A stretch of 64,000 nt of DNA from an uncultured Spirochaetota bacterium (GTDB taxonomy: Bacteria > Spirochaetota > UBA4802 > UBA5550): assembly GCA_963732395.1 (NCBI GenBank), contig CAVSZF010000007.1, forward strand, positions 761,571 to 825,570, written 5' to 3'. The translations under genes were made by a program, and so were the position numbers. This document shows positions 39,434 through 48,900 of the stretch, one piece after another. The notes beneath the pieces are model-generated. The model ran no database searches, was not told the origin of the DNA, and worked only from the letters and a program-made list of their open reading frames with translations. Numbering within the stretch: position 1 is the stretch's first letter; every line of letters begins with the position of its first letter.

Positions 39434-40309
39434 ATGAAGTTGAACAACGAAGCCAAGGTGGGGCTGATGATCGCTATCTGCTTCACCCTGTTCATCGTCC
39501 TTGTGGCGCTGCTGGCGAAAATAAACGTATCACGCTCGGGTTACACCTTGCGGGTCTATTATGGGTTTTTAAACGATCTTCGCATAGGGGCGCCGGTCAA
39601 GATCGCGGGGGGCATCCGTATCGGACACGTCAAGTCGATCGCCCAGACAGGGGAAAAGACGGAGGTCACCGTCTGGATTGAAAAGAAATATTCATTGGTC
39701 AAGACGACGAAATTCGCCATTTTTACATCCGGTCTGATCGGGGAAAAGTATGTCAATGTCTTTGTGCCGCCATCAAGCGATGTTGAAGAATTCCTCATGG
39801 ACGGGGACAAGATTTACGGGCTCGACCCGGCCAGTTTCGACCAGATGATGATGACCTTCCAGTCCTTCATGCATGATGAAAGCGGGGGGCAGGTTCTTGC
39901 GGAGATTTTCCAGAATTCGAAGAAATTTGTGGGAAACCTGAACAAAATCACAGACGAAAACCGATATGATATCCGCCACTCCATAGTAATGGCGAAGCAG
40001 ATGATCGCGAGCCTCAATTTCCAGTCGAAAATCATGATGGATAACGTCAACCGTTTCTCGAAAAACATGGCGGACCTGTCCGAGAAAAACAAGGACGACA
40101 TCAACATCACCCTCCGGAACATGTCGGAAATATCGTCGAATATGAACAAAATCGTTTTCAGGATCGAGAAAGGACGAGGAACACTGGGAAGGCTCCTGCA
40201 GGAGGAGGAGATTTACAACAATCTTCGGGATGCATCGATATCCGCAAAGGATCTGTTTCGGCAGCTGAAGCAGGACCCGTCCAAGCTTTTCTTCCGAACG
40301 CAGAAGTGA
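39434..40309 (+). CDS. MlaD/MCE-family protein
   Basis: N-terminal TM anchor, MCE domain (GAPVKIAGGIRIGHVKSI) and extended helical C-terminus. GGAGG RBS. Confidence 0.8.
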   Translation: MKLNNEAKVGLMIAICFTLFIVLVALLAKINVSRSGYTLRVYYGFLNDLRIGAPVKIAGGIRIGHVKSIAQTGEKTEVTVWIEKKYSLVKTTKFAIFTSGLIGEKYVNVFVPPSSDVEEFLMDGDKIYGLDPASFDQMMMTFQSFMHDESGGQVLAEIFQNSKKFVGNLNKITDENRYDIRHSIVMAKQMIASLNFQSKIMMDNVNRFSKNMADLSEKNKDDINITLRNMSEISSNMNKIVFRIEKGRGTLGRLLQEEEIYNNLRDASISAKDLFRQLKQDPSKLFFRTQK

Positions 40310-40311
40310 CA

Positions 40312-41643
40312 ATGGCGCGTAACAGAAAATCATTCGTCTGTGGTGCCTGCGGGTCGGATTTTCCGAAATGGCAGGGAAGATGTTCCATTTGCGGCGAATG
40401 GAATACCATAGCAGAAGAGGCCACTCACGGAGGGACGAAACAGGCCCCTGGCGCAGAGATCATGCACCTCGCCGATGTTCCGACAGGCGGCTTCGATCGA
40501 ATACAGACCGGAATAGCCGAATTCAACCTGGTGTGCGGCGGCGGGGTGGTCCCCGGATCAGTTATACTGATTGGCGGCGAGCCCGGTATCGGGAAATCAA
40601 CCCTTGCCCTCCAGGTGGGGGGATTTTTTCAGACGCTCTATATTTCCGGGGAGGAGTCCCCTTCGCAGATACGCATGAGGGCGGAGCGTATCGGTTGCCG
40701 CCTGGAAGCCATTCAGCTCTCGACCGCCACATCGGTGGATCAGATAATTGGGCTTGCTGAATCCGTCGCACCCCAATGCATCATCATAGACTCCATTCAG
40801 ACCCTCTATACCCCGGAGATACCGGGCCTCAAGGGATCGGTAAGCCAGGTACGTGAGTCCGCGTCGCGTCTCGCCGAAGCTGCGAAGCGACTGCAGTTTG
40901 TACTTATTTTGATAGGACATATCACGAAGGAGGGCTCAATCGCGGGGCCGAAGCTCCTTGAACATCTGGTCGATACAGTTCTTTACTTCGAGGGGAATTT
41001 TTCCAGGGAGTACCGGGTCCTTCGTGCCTTCAAAAACCGTTATGGTTCGGTAAATGAAATCGGGCTCTTCCGTATGGAGGAGCGCGGCCTTGTTGAGGTT
41101 ACGGACAAGAACAGGATATTTCTTAATCCGTATCTCTCCGATGCGGCGGGCAATGCGGTCTCGGCGGCGGTGGAGGGGAGCCGGATACTACTCTTCGAAG
41201 TCCAGTCCCTTGTGACATTTTCTTCCTTTCCCAATCCCCGCCGCATGGCGGACGGTTTCGATCTGAATCGCCTCATCCTTATTACGGCTGTCCTGGAAAA
41301 ACATGCGGGACTCAAGCTCAATTCCTTCGACGTATTCATCAACGTATCGGGGGGGTTCCAGATAAATGACACTGCTGCGGACCTCGCGGTGGCGGTGTCG
41401 ATAGCTTCAAGCCTGAAAAACATGGCCGTGCCCAGGGGGTTCGGCTTCCTGGGTGAAATCTCCCTTTCGGGTGAGATCCGTCCGGTATCCCTCTGCGCGA
41501 GGAGGGTACAGGAATTCAAACACTCCGGTTACAGCACACTCGTGGTGCCGGAAGCAGAGGCCGGTGAGGCGAAGGCCGCGGGTTTCGAGGGTAGCATCGT
41601 GGGGATTCGCACCATTCAGGATGCAATGGACCGAATATTTTAA
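40312..41643 (+). CDS. radA: DNA repair protein RadA/Sms
   Basis: N-terminal C4 zinc finger (CGACGSDFPKWQGRCSICGEWNT). RecA-like Walker A GGEPGIGKSTLALQ. KNRYG motif. Lon-protease-like C-terminal domain. Start at ATG 40312, 2 nt after the MlaD-like stop. Confidence 0.9.
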   Translation: MARNRKSFVCGACGSDFPKWQGRCSICGEWNTIAEEATHGGTKQAPGAEIMHLADVPTGGFDRIQTGIAEFNLVCGGGVVPGSVILIGGEPGIGKSTLALQVGGFFQTLYISGEESPSQIRMRAERIGCRLEAIQLSTATSVDQIIGLAESVAPQCIIIDSIQTLYTPEIPGLKGSVSQVRESASRLAEAAKRLQFVLILIGHITKEGSIAGPKLLEHLVDTVLYFEGNFSREYRVLRAFKNRYGSVNEIGLFRMEERGLVEVTDKNRIFLNPYLSDAAGNAVSAAVEGSRILLFEVQSLVTFSSFPNPRRMADGFDLNRLILITAVLEKHAGLKLNSFDVFINVSGGFQINDTAADLAVAVSIASSLKNMAVPRGFGFLGEISLSGEIRPVSLCARRVQEFKHSGYSTLVVPEAEAGEAKAAGFEGSIVGIRTIQDAMDRIF

Positions 41644-41795
41644 TGTCACACAATGAGTGTTGTGTTTGAATCTGCGTTACACGTTTGTAACGAATAAATT
41701 TTACATCCAGTTAATATTCATGCGAGTAAAACAATTTACATATACGTCAGTTCAGGTGGAGTCGAGATAACCAACGAGAATAATGGAGGAAGAAA

Positions 41796-42797
41796 ATGAA
41801 AACAGCCATTTTTATCGCCTCGGCCATTATCCTGTTTGGAGTCTCATCGTGGGCTCAGGACGGGAAGATGGAAACAACCGGCGAAGAGCGCAAATCCGCG
41901 GGGGTGACTATCGGCGTTGATTATTACAGCAACTACCTCTGGCGGGGCACGAGGTTTTATGACAATGACGGGGCCTTCATTCCCGCCCTTTCATGGGATG
42001 TTGCGGGAAGCGGACTTATCCTTGGCGTCGCCATGGAACTTTCAACGAGCTATTTCTTCGAGGGCTTTCAGCGGAAGCCGAAAGAATTTTATTTTAGTAA
42101 AGAGGATTTCACGCCCTACCGGAAAAAGCTGAAAATGGTCAACAGCGGGTATGTGAACCATAGCCTTGATTTTGGCGTGGATTATTCCCATACCTTCGCT
42201 GAGGTGGTCACTTTCGGAATCAGCGTCTGGTACTGGTGGTATTTTAACCATCGAACGGCCAGGGATCTGGCGATTCCAATCATCAAGGAGTTGAATACCG
42301 GATATGTGCTTCGTGATAAGACGGTCGATCTGAGCTTCCTCTCCACGGTTCTCACGATAGGTTTTGATTTTGTGCCCTTTCTCATGCCGGAGATATCATT
42401 CAGCCACGATTGGTACACTATGGAGAAGAAAGCCGGGGATTTCTATGTGCAGCTCTCGCTCGGGCATGATTTCGAGCTGACAAAGGAGGTGACAATCGGC
42501 ATCGGCTCATCGGCGGGGTATTACTATTACCGGACCGGGGAAATGACTCGTTTCTATATCGACTTTGATCCGACGACAATCAGCTTTGTTAATCCGAGTA
42601 AACTGGATCAGCGGATGCGTATCCCGATAATCAAAGGCGTGAGCGACATTACGACAAAGATAGAACTCGCCTTCTCGAAGGGCCCCATCTCCCTCAACGG
42701 AGGGTTCTACTGGGTCGCTGTTCCCGCGAAGTCATGGTACAAGGGTGACACCGTGCATCGTTATTTCGCGAAGGTCGGTGTTTCCTGTTCCCTGTAG
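41796..42797 (+). CDS. Secreted/outer-membrane hypothetical protein
   Basis: Signal peptide MKTAIFIASAIILFGVSSWAQDG. Alternating aromatic/hydrophobic pattern compatible with a beta-barrel. GGAGG RBS. Confidence 0.6.
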   Translation: MKTAIFIASAIILFGVSSWAQDGKMETTGEERKSAGVTIGVDYYSNYLWRGTRFYDNDGAFIPALSWDVAGSGLILGVAMELSTSYFFEGFQRKPKEFYFSKEDFTPYRKKLKMVNSGYVNHSLDFGVDYSHTFAEVVTFGISVWYWWYFNHRTARDLAIPIIKELNTGYVLRDKTVDLSFLSTVLTIGFDFVPFLMPEISFSHDWYTMEKKAGDFYVQLSLGHDFELTKEVTIGIGSSAGYYYYRTGEMTRFYIDFDPTTISFVNPSKLDQRMRIPIIKGVSDITTKIELAFSKGPISLNGGFYWVAVPAKSWYKGDTVHRYFAKVGVSCSL

Positions 42798-42856
42798 GAT
42801 GGCCGCCGTTATATCAATTCACCGGCATCCCTTTGTATGCCCTGATCCGGGGCGGG

Positions 42857-42886
42857 CCGGGGGGGCCTCCCCCCGGCGGTGTTTTT
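42857..42886 (+). terminator. GC-rich hairpin plus T-run, likely intrinsic terminator
   Basis: The 8-bp stem CCGGGGGG / CCCCCCGG with loop GCCT is followed, after CGGTG, by TTTTT. It lies 60 bp after the stop of the OM-protein gene. Confidence 0.5.
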
Positions 42887-42902
42887 CGGAGTAACATGAC
42901 GG

Positions 42903-43643
42903 ATGAAGGAGAACATGGTGGTTAAACTCGTCTATATCATTTATGGCGAATTGTCAGAACCCGCGTCCTCTTTCAGCGATCGTGTTCTACGGGGGCTGGT
43001 GCCACGTCTTCTCGGGCAAGATCCGTCTCGCCTAAAAATCTCAATGACGGCGATGAATCCTCCCCTATTCTCCGTAATACCATACAGGCGTAAGCGGATT
43101 GCCCTTATCTCGCTATGGATCGGGGAAGGGGTTGGTCAGACCGTCGAGGGATGGTCACGACTCGTCGCCGGGGCGTGGGGGGGAGGGTGCTTTGGATATC
43201 GCGTAGAAGAATCAAGGCCCGTAGCCTATAAGCGGTCATGGCCGGATTTTACACGAACACCGGGCCTTGGATTGCTCACCCTTTTCAGGCCGCGGCGCGG
43301 CATCGCTCATGAAGAATTCATCAGAAGATGGCACCATGGCCATACCCCACTTGCCCTGAGGATTCATCCACTCTGGAATTATGTAAGGAACGTGGTGAGG
43401 GAGTGCATTATTCCGGGTTCACCGTCTTTTGCCGGGATCGTGGAGGAACAGTGCCGGGCCGTAGAGGAGATTTTAAAGCCGACACGCTTCTTCGGGGGGT
43501 TGCTTCCCATGCTACCCAACATGATCCGCATCGCCCTGGACATACGTAAATGGATGGATTTTCGAAGTATTGAGAACCACCTCGTGCACGAGTACTGGAT
43601 CCGCGACATCACCCATGCCCCGGAAAGCCCCTTTGATCTATGA
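42903..43643 (+). CDS. Hypothetical protein (246 aa)
   Basis: ORF with no recognisable motif. An alternative start at ATG 42915 has a better AAGGAG RBS. Confidence 0.55.
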   Translation: MKENMVVKLVYIIYGELSEPASSFSDRVLRGLVPRLLGQDPSRLKISMTAMNPPLFSVIPYRRKRIALISLWIGEGVGQTVEGWSRLVAGAWGGGCFGYRVEESRPVAYKRSWPDFTRTPGLGLLTLFRPRRGIAHEEFIRRWHHGHTPLALRIHPLWNYVRNVVRECIIPGSPSFAGIVEEQCRAVEEILKPTRFFGGLLPMLPNMIRIALDIRKWMDFRSIENHLVHEYWIRDITHAPESPFDL

Positions 43644-43908
43644 AAGGCCGGTAGGCAAATCCGCGTGGAATGATTTTTCGGCCACTTCTAGGAAAAGTTT
43701 AAAATTGCTTGTTTTTTTTCCGGTGATGGGATAATCATAATACTATTGCTTTTCCCCTGTGGTTCAGTGTGGGGCGATTTCGGGCCACTGAAGTGGAATA
43801 CCTCTGCTATCGAGCGTTTTTACCGGGGTAAAGATAGAAAAACCCCGGGTGTCGTGCATTGCATGAGGGATGTGTCGTGTTGAAACCAATGAAACGGGTG
43901 TGGTGCTT

Positions 43909-44232
43909 ATGGATATAAAATTGAGGACGCGGGGAGATCACCGGATCGTTGAAATTGACGGTGATATTGATTACTTCAGCATCAGCGAATTGAAGAACAA
44001 CATCTTCGCTCTGATCAACGATAAGGCACGGAGTATAATACTCGACCTTAAAGACGTGGAATACATGGATTCCTCGGGAATCGGGCTGATTGTAACCGCC
44101 TACAAGGTAATGAACGGTTATGGCGGAAAAATTGCCCTCCTGCACGTTCATGAGGATATCCTGGCGCTTCTCAGACTCGCCACAGTGGACACTATCATGA
44201 AAATTTTCGACAGTGAAAACGATATTAAATGA
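43909..44232 (+). CDS. STAS-domain anti-sigma factor antagonist (SpoIIAA/RsbV-like)
   Basis: About 107 aa. The YMDSSGIGLIV block contains the conserved phosphorylatable Ser context (DSSG). Start set at MDIKLRT. Confidence 0.75.
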   Translation: MDIKLRTRGDHRIVEIDGDIDYFSISELKNNIFALINDKARSIILDLKDVEYMDSSGIGLIVTAYKVMNGYGGKIALLHVHEDILALLRLATVDTIMKIFDSENDIK

Positions 44233-44446
44233 AAAAGGCCCCATGATCGATGAGCACAAATACAGAGCATGGCGCGTCTGTTGATTTGCTATTTCCGGTA
44301 CTCTTTCCGACCGGATGGCGTCGTGCGGTTTATTCACTGAATGCCTCACGCAGGAAAAAGCGCAGACCTTCCAGGCCGCGAAGAGTAATCGCGGAAAAAC
44401 AACTTCATGAAGCACCTGCGCGAAGATAAGCCTGCCGCAAGGGGAT

Positions 44447-47230
44447 ATGATGAAGCTCAAGTATAAACTGGCGATGATGTTTGTATTGATTATCCTCTTC
44501 GCGGCACTTCCGCTCTCCTTCTTCGTACTCAGAAAGCAGGAACAGGAAAAACTGAATTCGATCATGCAAAAGGGATCGGTTTTCACCACGATACTGGCCC
44601 AATCGGTCCTGAATATAATACTTGCAAACGGCGGAGATGTCAGGGCGACGCAGATAGATGCGAAGGAAATGATGTCAGTCCTTGAAACTCTGGAGGATGA
44701 GGGCCTGGTCTATGCGGATGCACTGCTTGTATCCTCAAAAGAAAGATATAACGGAATCGTGATGGCGTCGTTTCATACGGTGGATGTCGATTTTCCCGGT
44801 TTCGAGAGAGGGGGGCGCATTTCCCACGACGAGATTGCGCGCCTCATCGTACAGAAAACAAGCAGGGAAATCACAAAGCCCCGGACCGGAGAAATATTTT
44901 ATGAGTTTGTCGCGACGGGAAACCCGGCCGGCAGAAAGCCCCTGTGCGTGGCAAGGTTGGTTTTTTCGAAATCGGTCATCCTGGCGCCAATAAATAAATT
45001 GCATCGCATGATTTACGGAGCGACGGCAGGCGCGATCATACTCGCGGGGATACTGGGACTGCTTTTCAGCCGCATCATCTCGACGCCCATCGGCGAGCTT
45101 ACGGATGCGGCGATTAGAATCGAGGAAGGGGATCTCGGACAGCGTATAGCCGTACGGTCCCATGACGAAATCGGGCGTCTTTCCCAGACCTTCAACCATA
45201 TGCTGGTGATGATTAACCAGAAGATAGAAGAGCTCGAAGGAAGCAACCGCCGGCTCCTGCAGATGGACAGCCTCAAGGACGAGTTCATCGCGAATATATC
45301 ACATGAATTGCGAACCCCCCTCTCGGGCATCATCGGCATAACCGATTCTCTCATCCTGGGGGCCACTGGTGACCTCGGCAATGACACCATCCATGATCTC
45401 GGGCTCATATCCGCGAGCGGAAAACGTCTCGCCGCGCTCATAAACGACATAATTGATTTTTCAAAACTGAGGCATCATGATATTATCCTGAACATGGAAC
45501 CCGTCGATATGCATGATGCGGTTCAGCTCATCATTTCCATAACGCGGCCACTCTACAGCGGAAAGTCCGTTACGGTGGAAAATCGGATCACACCGGGGGC
45601 CGCTGTGGTGAAAGGAGACGAGGACAGGATACAGCAGGTCATGCTCAACCTCCTGAGCAACGCGATAAAGTTTACAGAACGGGGAAGCATCGTCATAACG
45701 GCCCGTGCTTACGAGGGGAAACGGGGCATGGTGGCGGTAACGGTCGCCGATACCGGTATCGGTATCGCAAAGGAAGACATGGAGCGCATATTCAAATCCT
45801 TTGAACAGGTCGACGGATCTGCGTCCCGATCAAGGGGTGGCACCGGTCTCGGGCTTGCGATAACCAGGAAGTTGGTCGAACTGCATGGCGGAAAGATCTG
45901 GGTGGAATCAAGCCCCGAAAGGGGATCACGTTTTACCTTTACGTGCTTCGCCTATACCGACCCGCTTCCGGTTGCGGGTATCGCAGGATGGAAAGAAGAC
46001 ACGCTGCCGAAGATGATCTATGCCGAGACCGGTGAAGTGCGAAGGGCCGAAACGGTCGGGAGCGTTCGGACAGGGCAAAAAAAAAGGATCATGGTGGTGG
46101 ACGACGAGCCTGTGAATCTCCAGGTCATCATCAACCATCTGACCCTCGAGGGGTATGAGGTCATGACCGCGGATAGCGGGGATGGACTTTTCGCGGCGCT
46201 GGAAAAGGGTGAAATGCCGGACCTGGTGCTTCTGGATGTCATGCTTCCCAGGATGTCTGGATACGATGTGTGTAAAAAGGTGAGGGAGCGCCACCCGCCC
46301 CACGAGCTTCCGATAATCATGATAACGGCAAGGAGCAACAGGGGGGATATCGTAAGCGGTATTTCAGCAGGGGCCAACGATTACATTACCAAGCCGGTGA
46401 ACATTGATGAAATGATGGCGCGCGTGGAAGGTCTGATTCTGATGAAGGAATCTGCCGCGGTGAAAAGTAAATACCTGGTTATGGAAAACGAGCTCGAAAT
46501 CGCCCGGGATATACAGAAAGCCCTCATCCCGAGGGTCCCTCCCGGCGCGAAAAATATCCTCTTTGCCGTGCGCTGTGAGACCTCGACGCACGTGGGGGGA
46601 GATTATTACGACTTTCACGTGATTCGCGACACCAAAATCGGCGTACTGGTGGCAGACGTAGCGGGCCATGGTGTTCCCGCAGCCATGGTCGCGGCGATGA
46701 TGCAGGTGGCCTATACCTTTTATAAAACGGAGTTTGATGACCAATCGATGCTTTTTGAAAAAATCAACACGATCATGGAGCAATATCCACACGGGCTGTT
46801 TCTCACGGCCTGCACCGTGTATATTGATACGGAAAGCAAAAAATTGTATCATTCAAACGCAGGCCATCGGCCCATTATGATATGGCGCGGGAGTGAGGGC
46901 CGGCTGATCTGGGACAAGGTTTACGACCGACCCATCGGGTTATTCCCGGATTCACGTTATTCCATCAACGAGATCGACATCGAATTCGGAGACCGTATCG
47001 TCATGTATACCGATGGAATCATTGAGGCGAGGAACCGTGAAAGAGAGCTTTTTGGAGAGGAGAGGCTTGGCGAACTCGCCCGGGAATTTCGGGATGTCGA
47101 TTGCGAGGCATTCGCCAGCAGGGTAGTCGAAACGGTCAGGAAATGGGCCGGCGTTCGGGAGGGTGAAACGATGGCTGATGACATAACCCTCCTTGTGATG
47201 GACATCGTTCCTGACCGTACCGGGGTCTGA
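44447..47230 (+). CDS. Hybrid sensor histidine kinase / response-regulator receiver / PP2C (SpoIIE-RsbU-type) phosphatase
   Basis: 927 aa. N-terminal TM plus periplasmic region. HAMP. HisKA (ISHELRTPLSGI). HATPase_c (GTGLGLAI). REC domain (MVVDDEPVNLQ...DLVLLDVMLP). C-terminal PP2C/SpoIIE block (GGDYYDF, VADVAGHG). Confidence 0.85.
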   Translation: MMKLKYKLAMMFVLIILFAALPLSFFVLRKQEQEKLNSIMQKGSVFTTILAQSVLNIILANGGDVRATQIDAKEMMSVLETLEDEGLVYADALLVSSKERYNGIVMASFHTVDVDFPGFERGGRISHDEIARLIVQKTSREITKPRTGEIFYEFVATGNPAGRKPLCVARLVFSKSVILAPINKLHRMIYGATAGAIILAGILGLLFSRIISTPIGELTDAAIRIEEGDLGQRIAVRSHDEIGRLSQTFNHMLVMINQKIEELEGSNRRLLQMDSLKDEFIANISHELRTPLSGIIGITDSLILGATGDLGNDTIHDLGLISASGKRLAALINDIIDFSKLRHHDIILNMEPVDMHDAVQLIISITRPLYSGKSVTVENRITPGAAVVKGDEDRIQQVMLNLLSNAIKFTERGSIVITARAYEGKRGMVAVTVADTGIGIAKEDMERIFKSFEQVDGSASRSRGGTGLGLAITRKLVELHGGKIWVESSPERGSRFTFTCFAYTDPLPVAGIAGWKEDTLPKMIYAETGEVRRAETVGSVRTGQKKRIMVVDDEPVNLQVIINHLTLEGYEVMTADSGDGLFAALEKGEMPDLVLLDVMLPRMSGYDVCKKVRERHPPHELPIIMITARSNRGDIVSGISAGANDYITKPVNIDEMMARVEGLILMKESAAVKSKYLVMENELEIARDIQKALIPRVPPGAKNILFAVRCETSTHVGGDYYDFHVIRDTKIGVLVADVAGHGVPAAMVAAMMQVAYTFYKTEFDDQSMLFEKINTIMEQYPHGLFLTACTVYIDTESKKLYHSNAGHRPIMIWRGSEGRLIWDKVYDRPIGLFPDSRYSINEIDIEFGDRIVMYTDGIIEARNRERELFGEERLGELAREFRDVDCEAFASRVVETVRKWAGVREGETMADDITLLVMDIVPDRTGV

Positions 47231-47241
47231 TCGGCCGCGGA

Positions 47242-48729
47242 TTATACGGGAACGGGAAATCGAATCGAGAACTGGGTCCCGTTTTTGTCGGACTGGATGT
47301 CGACGGAAGCGTTATGATCTTTCAATATTTTGCTGGATATCGAAAGTCCGATGCCGGTGCCATGATCGCGTTTCTTCGTGGTGAAAAAGGGAGACCATAT
47401 CTTGTGCATGATCGTGTCGGAAATACCGCTTCCGTTATCGGCTATGACCATCGACACGTTGTCATCTGATGAAAATGTAGAGATTCTGACCGTCCCGTTT
47501 TCCTCAATGGACTCGAAGCCCTTCTCCATTATCGCGTCTTTCGAGTTAAGTATGATATTCACGATCAATTGCTCGATGGATATCTTGTCGCCATATATCT
47601 TCGGTATGGCCTCGTCGAGAACGAACATGAGATCGATGCTGTTTTTCTTCAACTGCAGATTGATCAAATCTATCGCCTCAAGAATGACCTTGTTCAGGTC
47701 GATCAAATTTTTCCCCGTAGTTCTCTTTTTTGAGAAGTTTCTGATATGGTTGATGATGTTCGACGACTTGTCGACGAGGGCGCAGATTCGCATCAGTTCG
47801 GAAACGGCCTGAAGATTTTCGAATTCCTCCATGTTGATATCGTCGATCATGTTCTGTGCGATGCCCTTGATCCCCGTCAGTGGCTGGGATAGCTCATGGG
47901 CGATTCCGGTGGTAAGTTCGGCCAGGCTCGCGTGACGCGCCATCTGATAGAGTTCCAGGTCCTTCTCGAGAATTATTCGACGGCTTGATTCGATGCTTTT
48001 CTTCATACGGGAAATGCGCTGATTCAGGGTGTTGTTGAGCTCGTTGACCGCCTTGAAATGGACAAGCAGCCCCGATATCCTGTTGCGGAGACCGTAACCG
48101 AGGAGGAGCGAGAGTATGATGCTCATGGCACCTGCCGAGTAAAGATAATGCACGGGACCAAGAACGGTGAAGGCGACAATGACATAGAGCATTATGAGGA
48201 TGATAGCCGCCATGAGCAGTGTCGTGACGGGATCCCTCCAGGCGGGAGAGACAGTGTAAAGCATGGATGCGTAGAGGACGAGATGAAGGACGAGGAGAAT
48301 AGGGGCCTGAAGCCGGGGGAAAAGGGCCCAGAGCGGTAGGGAGAGTAGGGAAAGCACATAGACGGGTACTGATGCGTTTCTGCCGTAATGGGCGTAGTGG
48401 TGACGGACCATCAGCGACGAGGTGACGGGGTAGAGAGAGAGTCCGATGGCCGTCAGGGTCGGGAAACCGGATACATCGGCCGAAGAGAGGTGTGCGAAAA
48501 AATAGGGTGCGGTCGCGAGAAGGACGGAGCTTGAATTGAGAATGATTCGTTTGGAGAGGGCGATGAAAAAAAACATGGCGCCCAGCGCCGTAAGAATGAA
48601 CATCGTGTAAAAAAGGAAATGGATGGCGGCAGTATGTACGCTGTCCATAGCGGCCCCGGGGACGGCGATGTGTGCGAAGTAATGGGCCGGCATCAATAGT
48701 GCAGTCAGGTTATCCTCCCGTATATCCAC
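47242..48729 (-). CDS. Sensor histidine kinase with polytopic (7TM-like) N-terminal sensor
   Basis: About 7 predicted TM helices. HisKA (AHELSQPLTGIKGIAQNM). HATPase_c (DNGSGI...GTGIGLSI). Convergent with the hybrid kinase. The two stops are 11 bp apart. Confidence 0.85.
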   Translation of the reverse strand: MDIREDNLTALLMPAHYFAHIAVPGAAMDSVHTAAIHFLFYTMFILTALGAMFFFIALSKRIILNSSSVLLATAPYFFAHLSSADVSGFPTLTAIGLSLYPVTSSLMVRHHYAHYGRNASVPVYVLSLLSLPLWALFPRLQAPILLVLHLVLYASMLYTVSPAWRDPVTTLLMAAIILIMLYVIVAFTVLGPVHYLYSAGAMSIILSLLLGYGLRNRISGLLVHFKAVNELNNTLNQRISRMKKSIESSRRIILEKDLELYQMARHASLAELTTGIAHELSQPLTGIKGIAQNMIDDINMEEFENLQAVSELMRICALVDKSSNIINHIRNFSKKRTTGKNLIDLNKVILEAIDLINLQLKKNSIDLMFVLDEAIPKIYGDKISIEQLIVNIILNSKDAIMEKGFESIEENGTVRISTFSSDDNVSMVIADNGSGISDTIMHKIWSPFFTTKKRDHGTGIGLSISSKILKDHNASVDIQSDKNGTQFSIRFPVPV

Positions 48730-48796
48730 ATCGAAATACCCGCGGCGTACGCAGGGGTAGACCGTAGATTATTACTCATATCGCAGATAACTTCAA

Positions 48797-48825
48797 TTGA
48801 CATTAGAGCAAAAAAAAATTACCAT
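48797..48825 (+). promoter_or_regulatory. Candidate sigma70-like promoter for ychF
   Basis: TTGACA at 48797-48802, 17-bp spacer, TACCAT at 48820-48825. Confidence 0.35.
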
Positions 48826-48900
48826 GTCAACGTTAATTCATATTTCTGTTGACCCCTTTACGCGTACGGCGACTTGCGGGTCGGTCAGGAGGAGCCTGTC

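Noticed and set aside
43807-44589. 260-aa minus-strand ORF
   Set aside because: It overlaps the STAS-domain gene, which has a clear DSSG motif, and the start of the hybrid kinase. It is Cys/Phe-rich and low-complexity.
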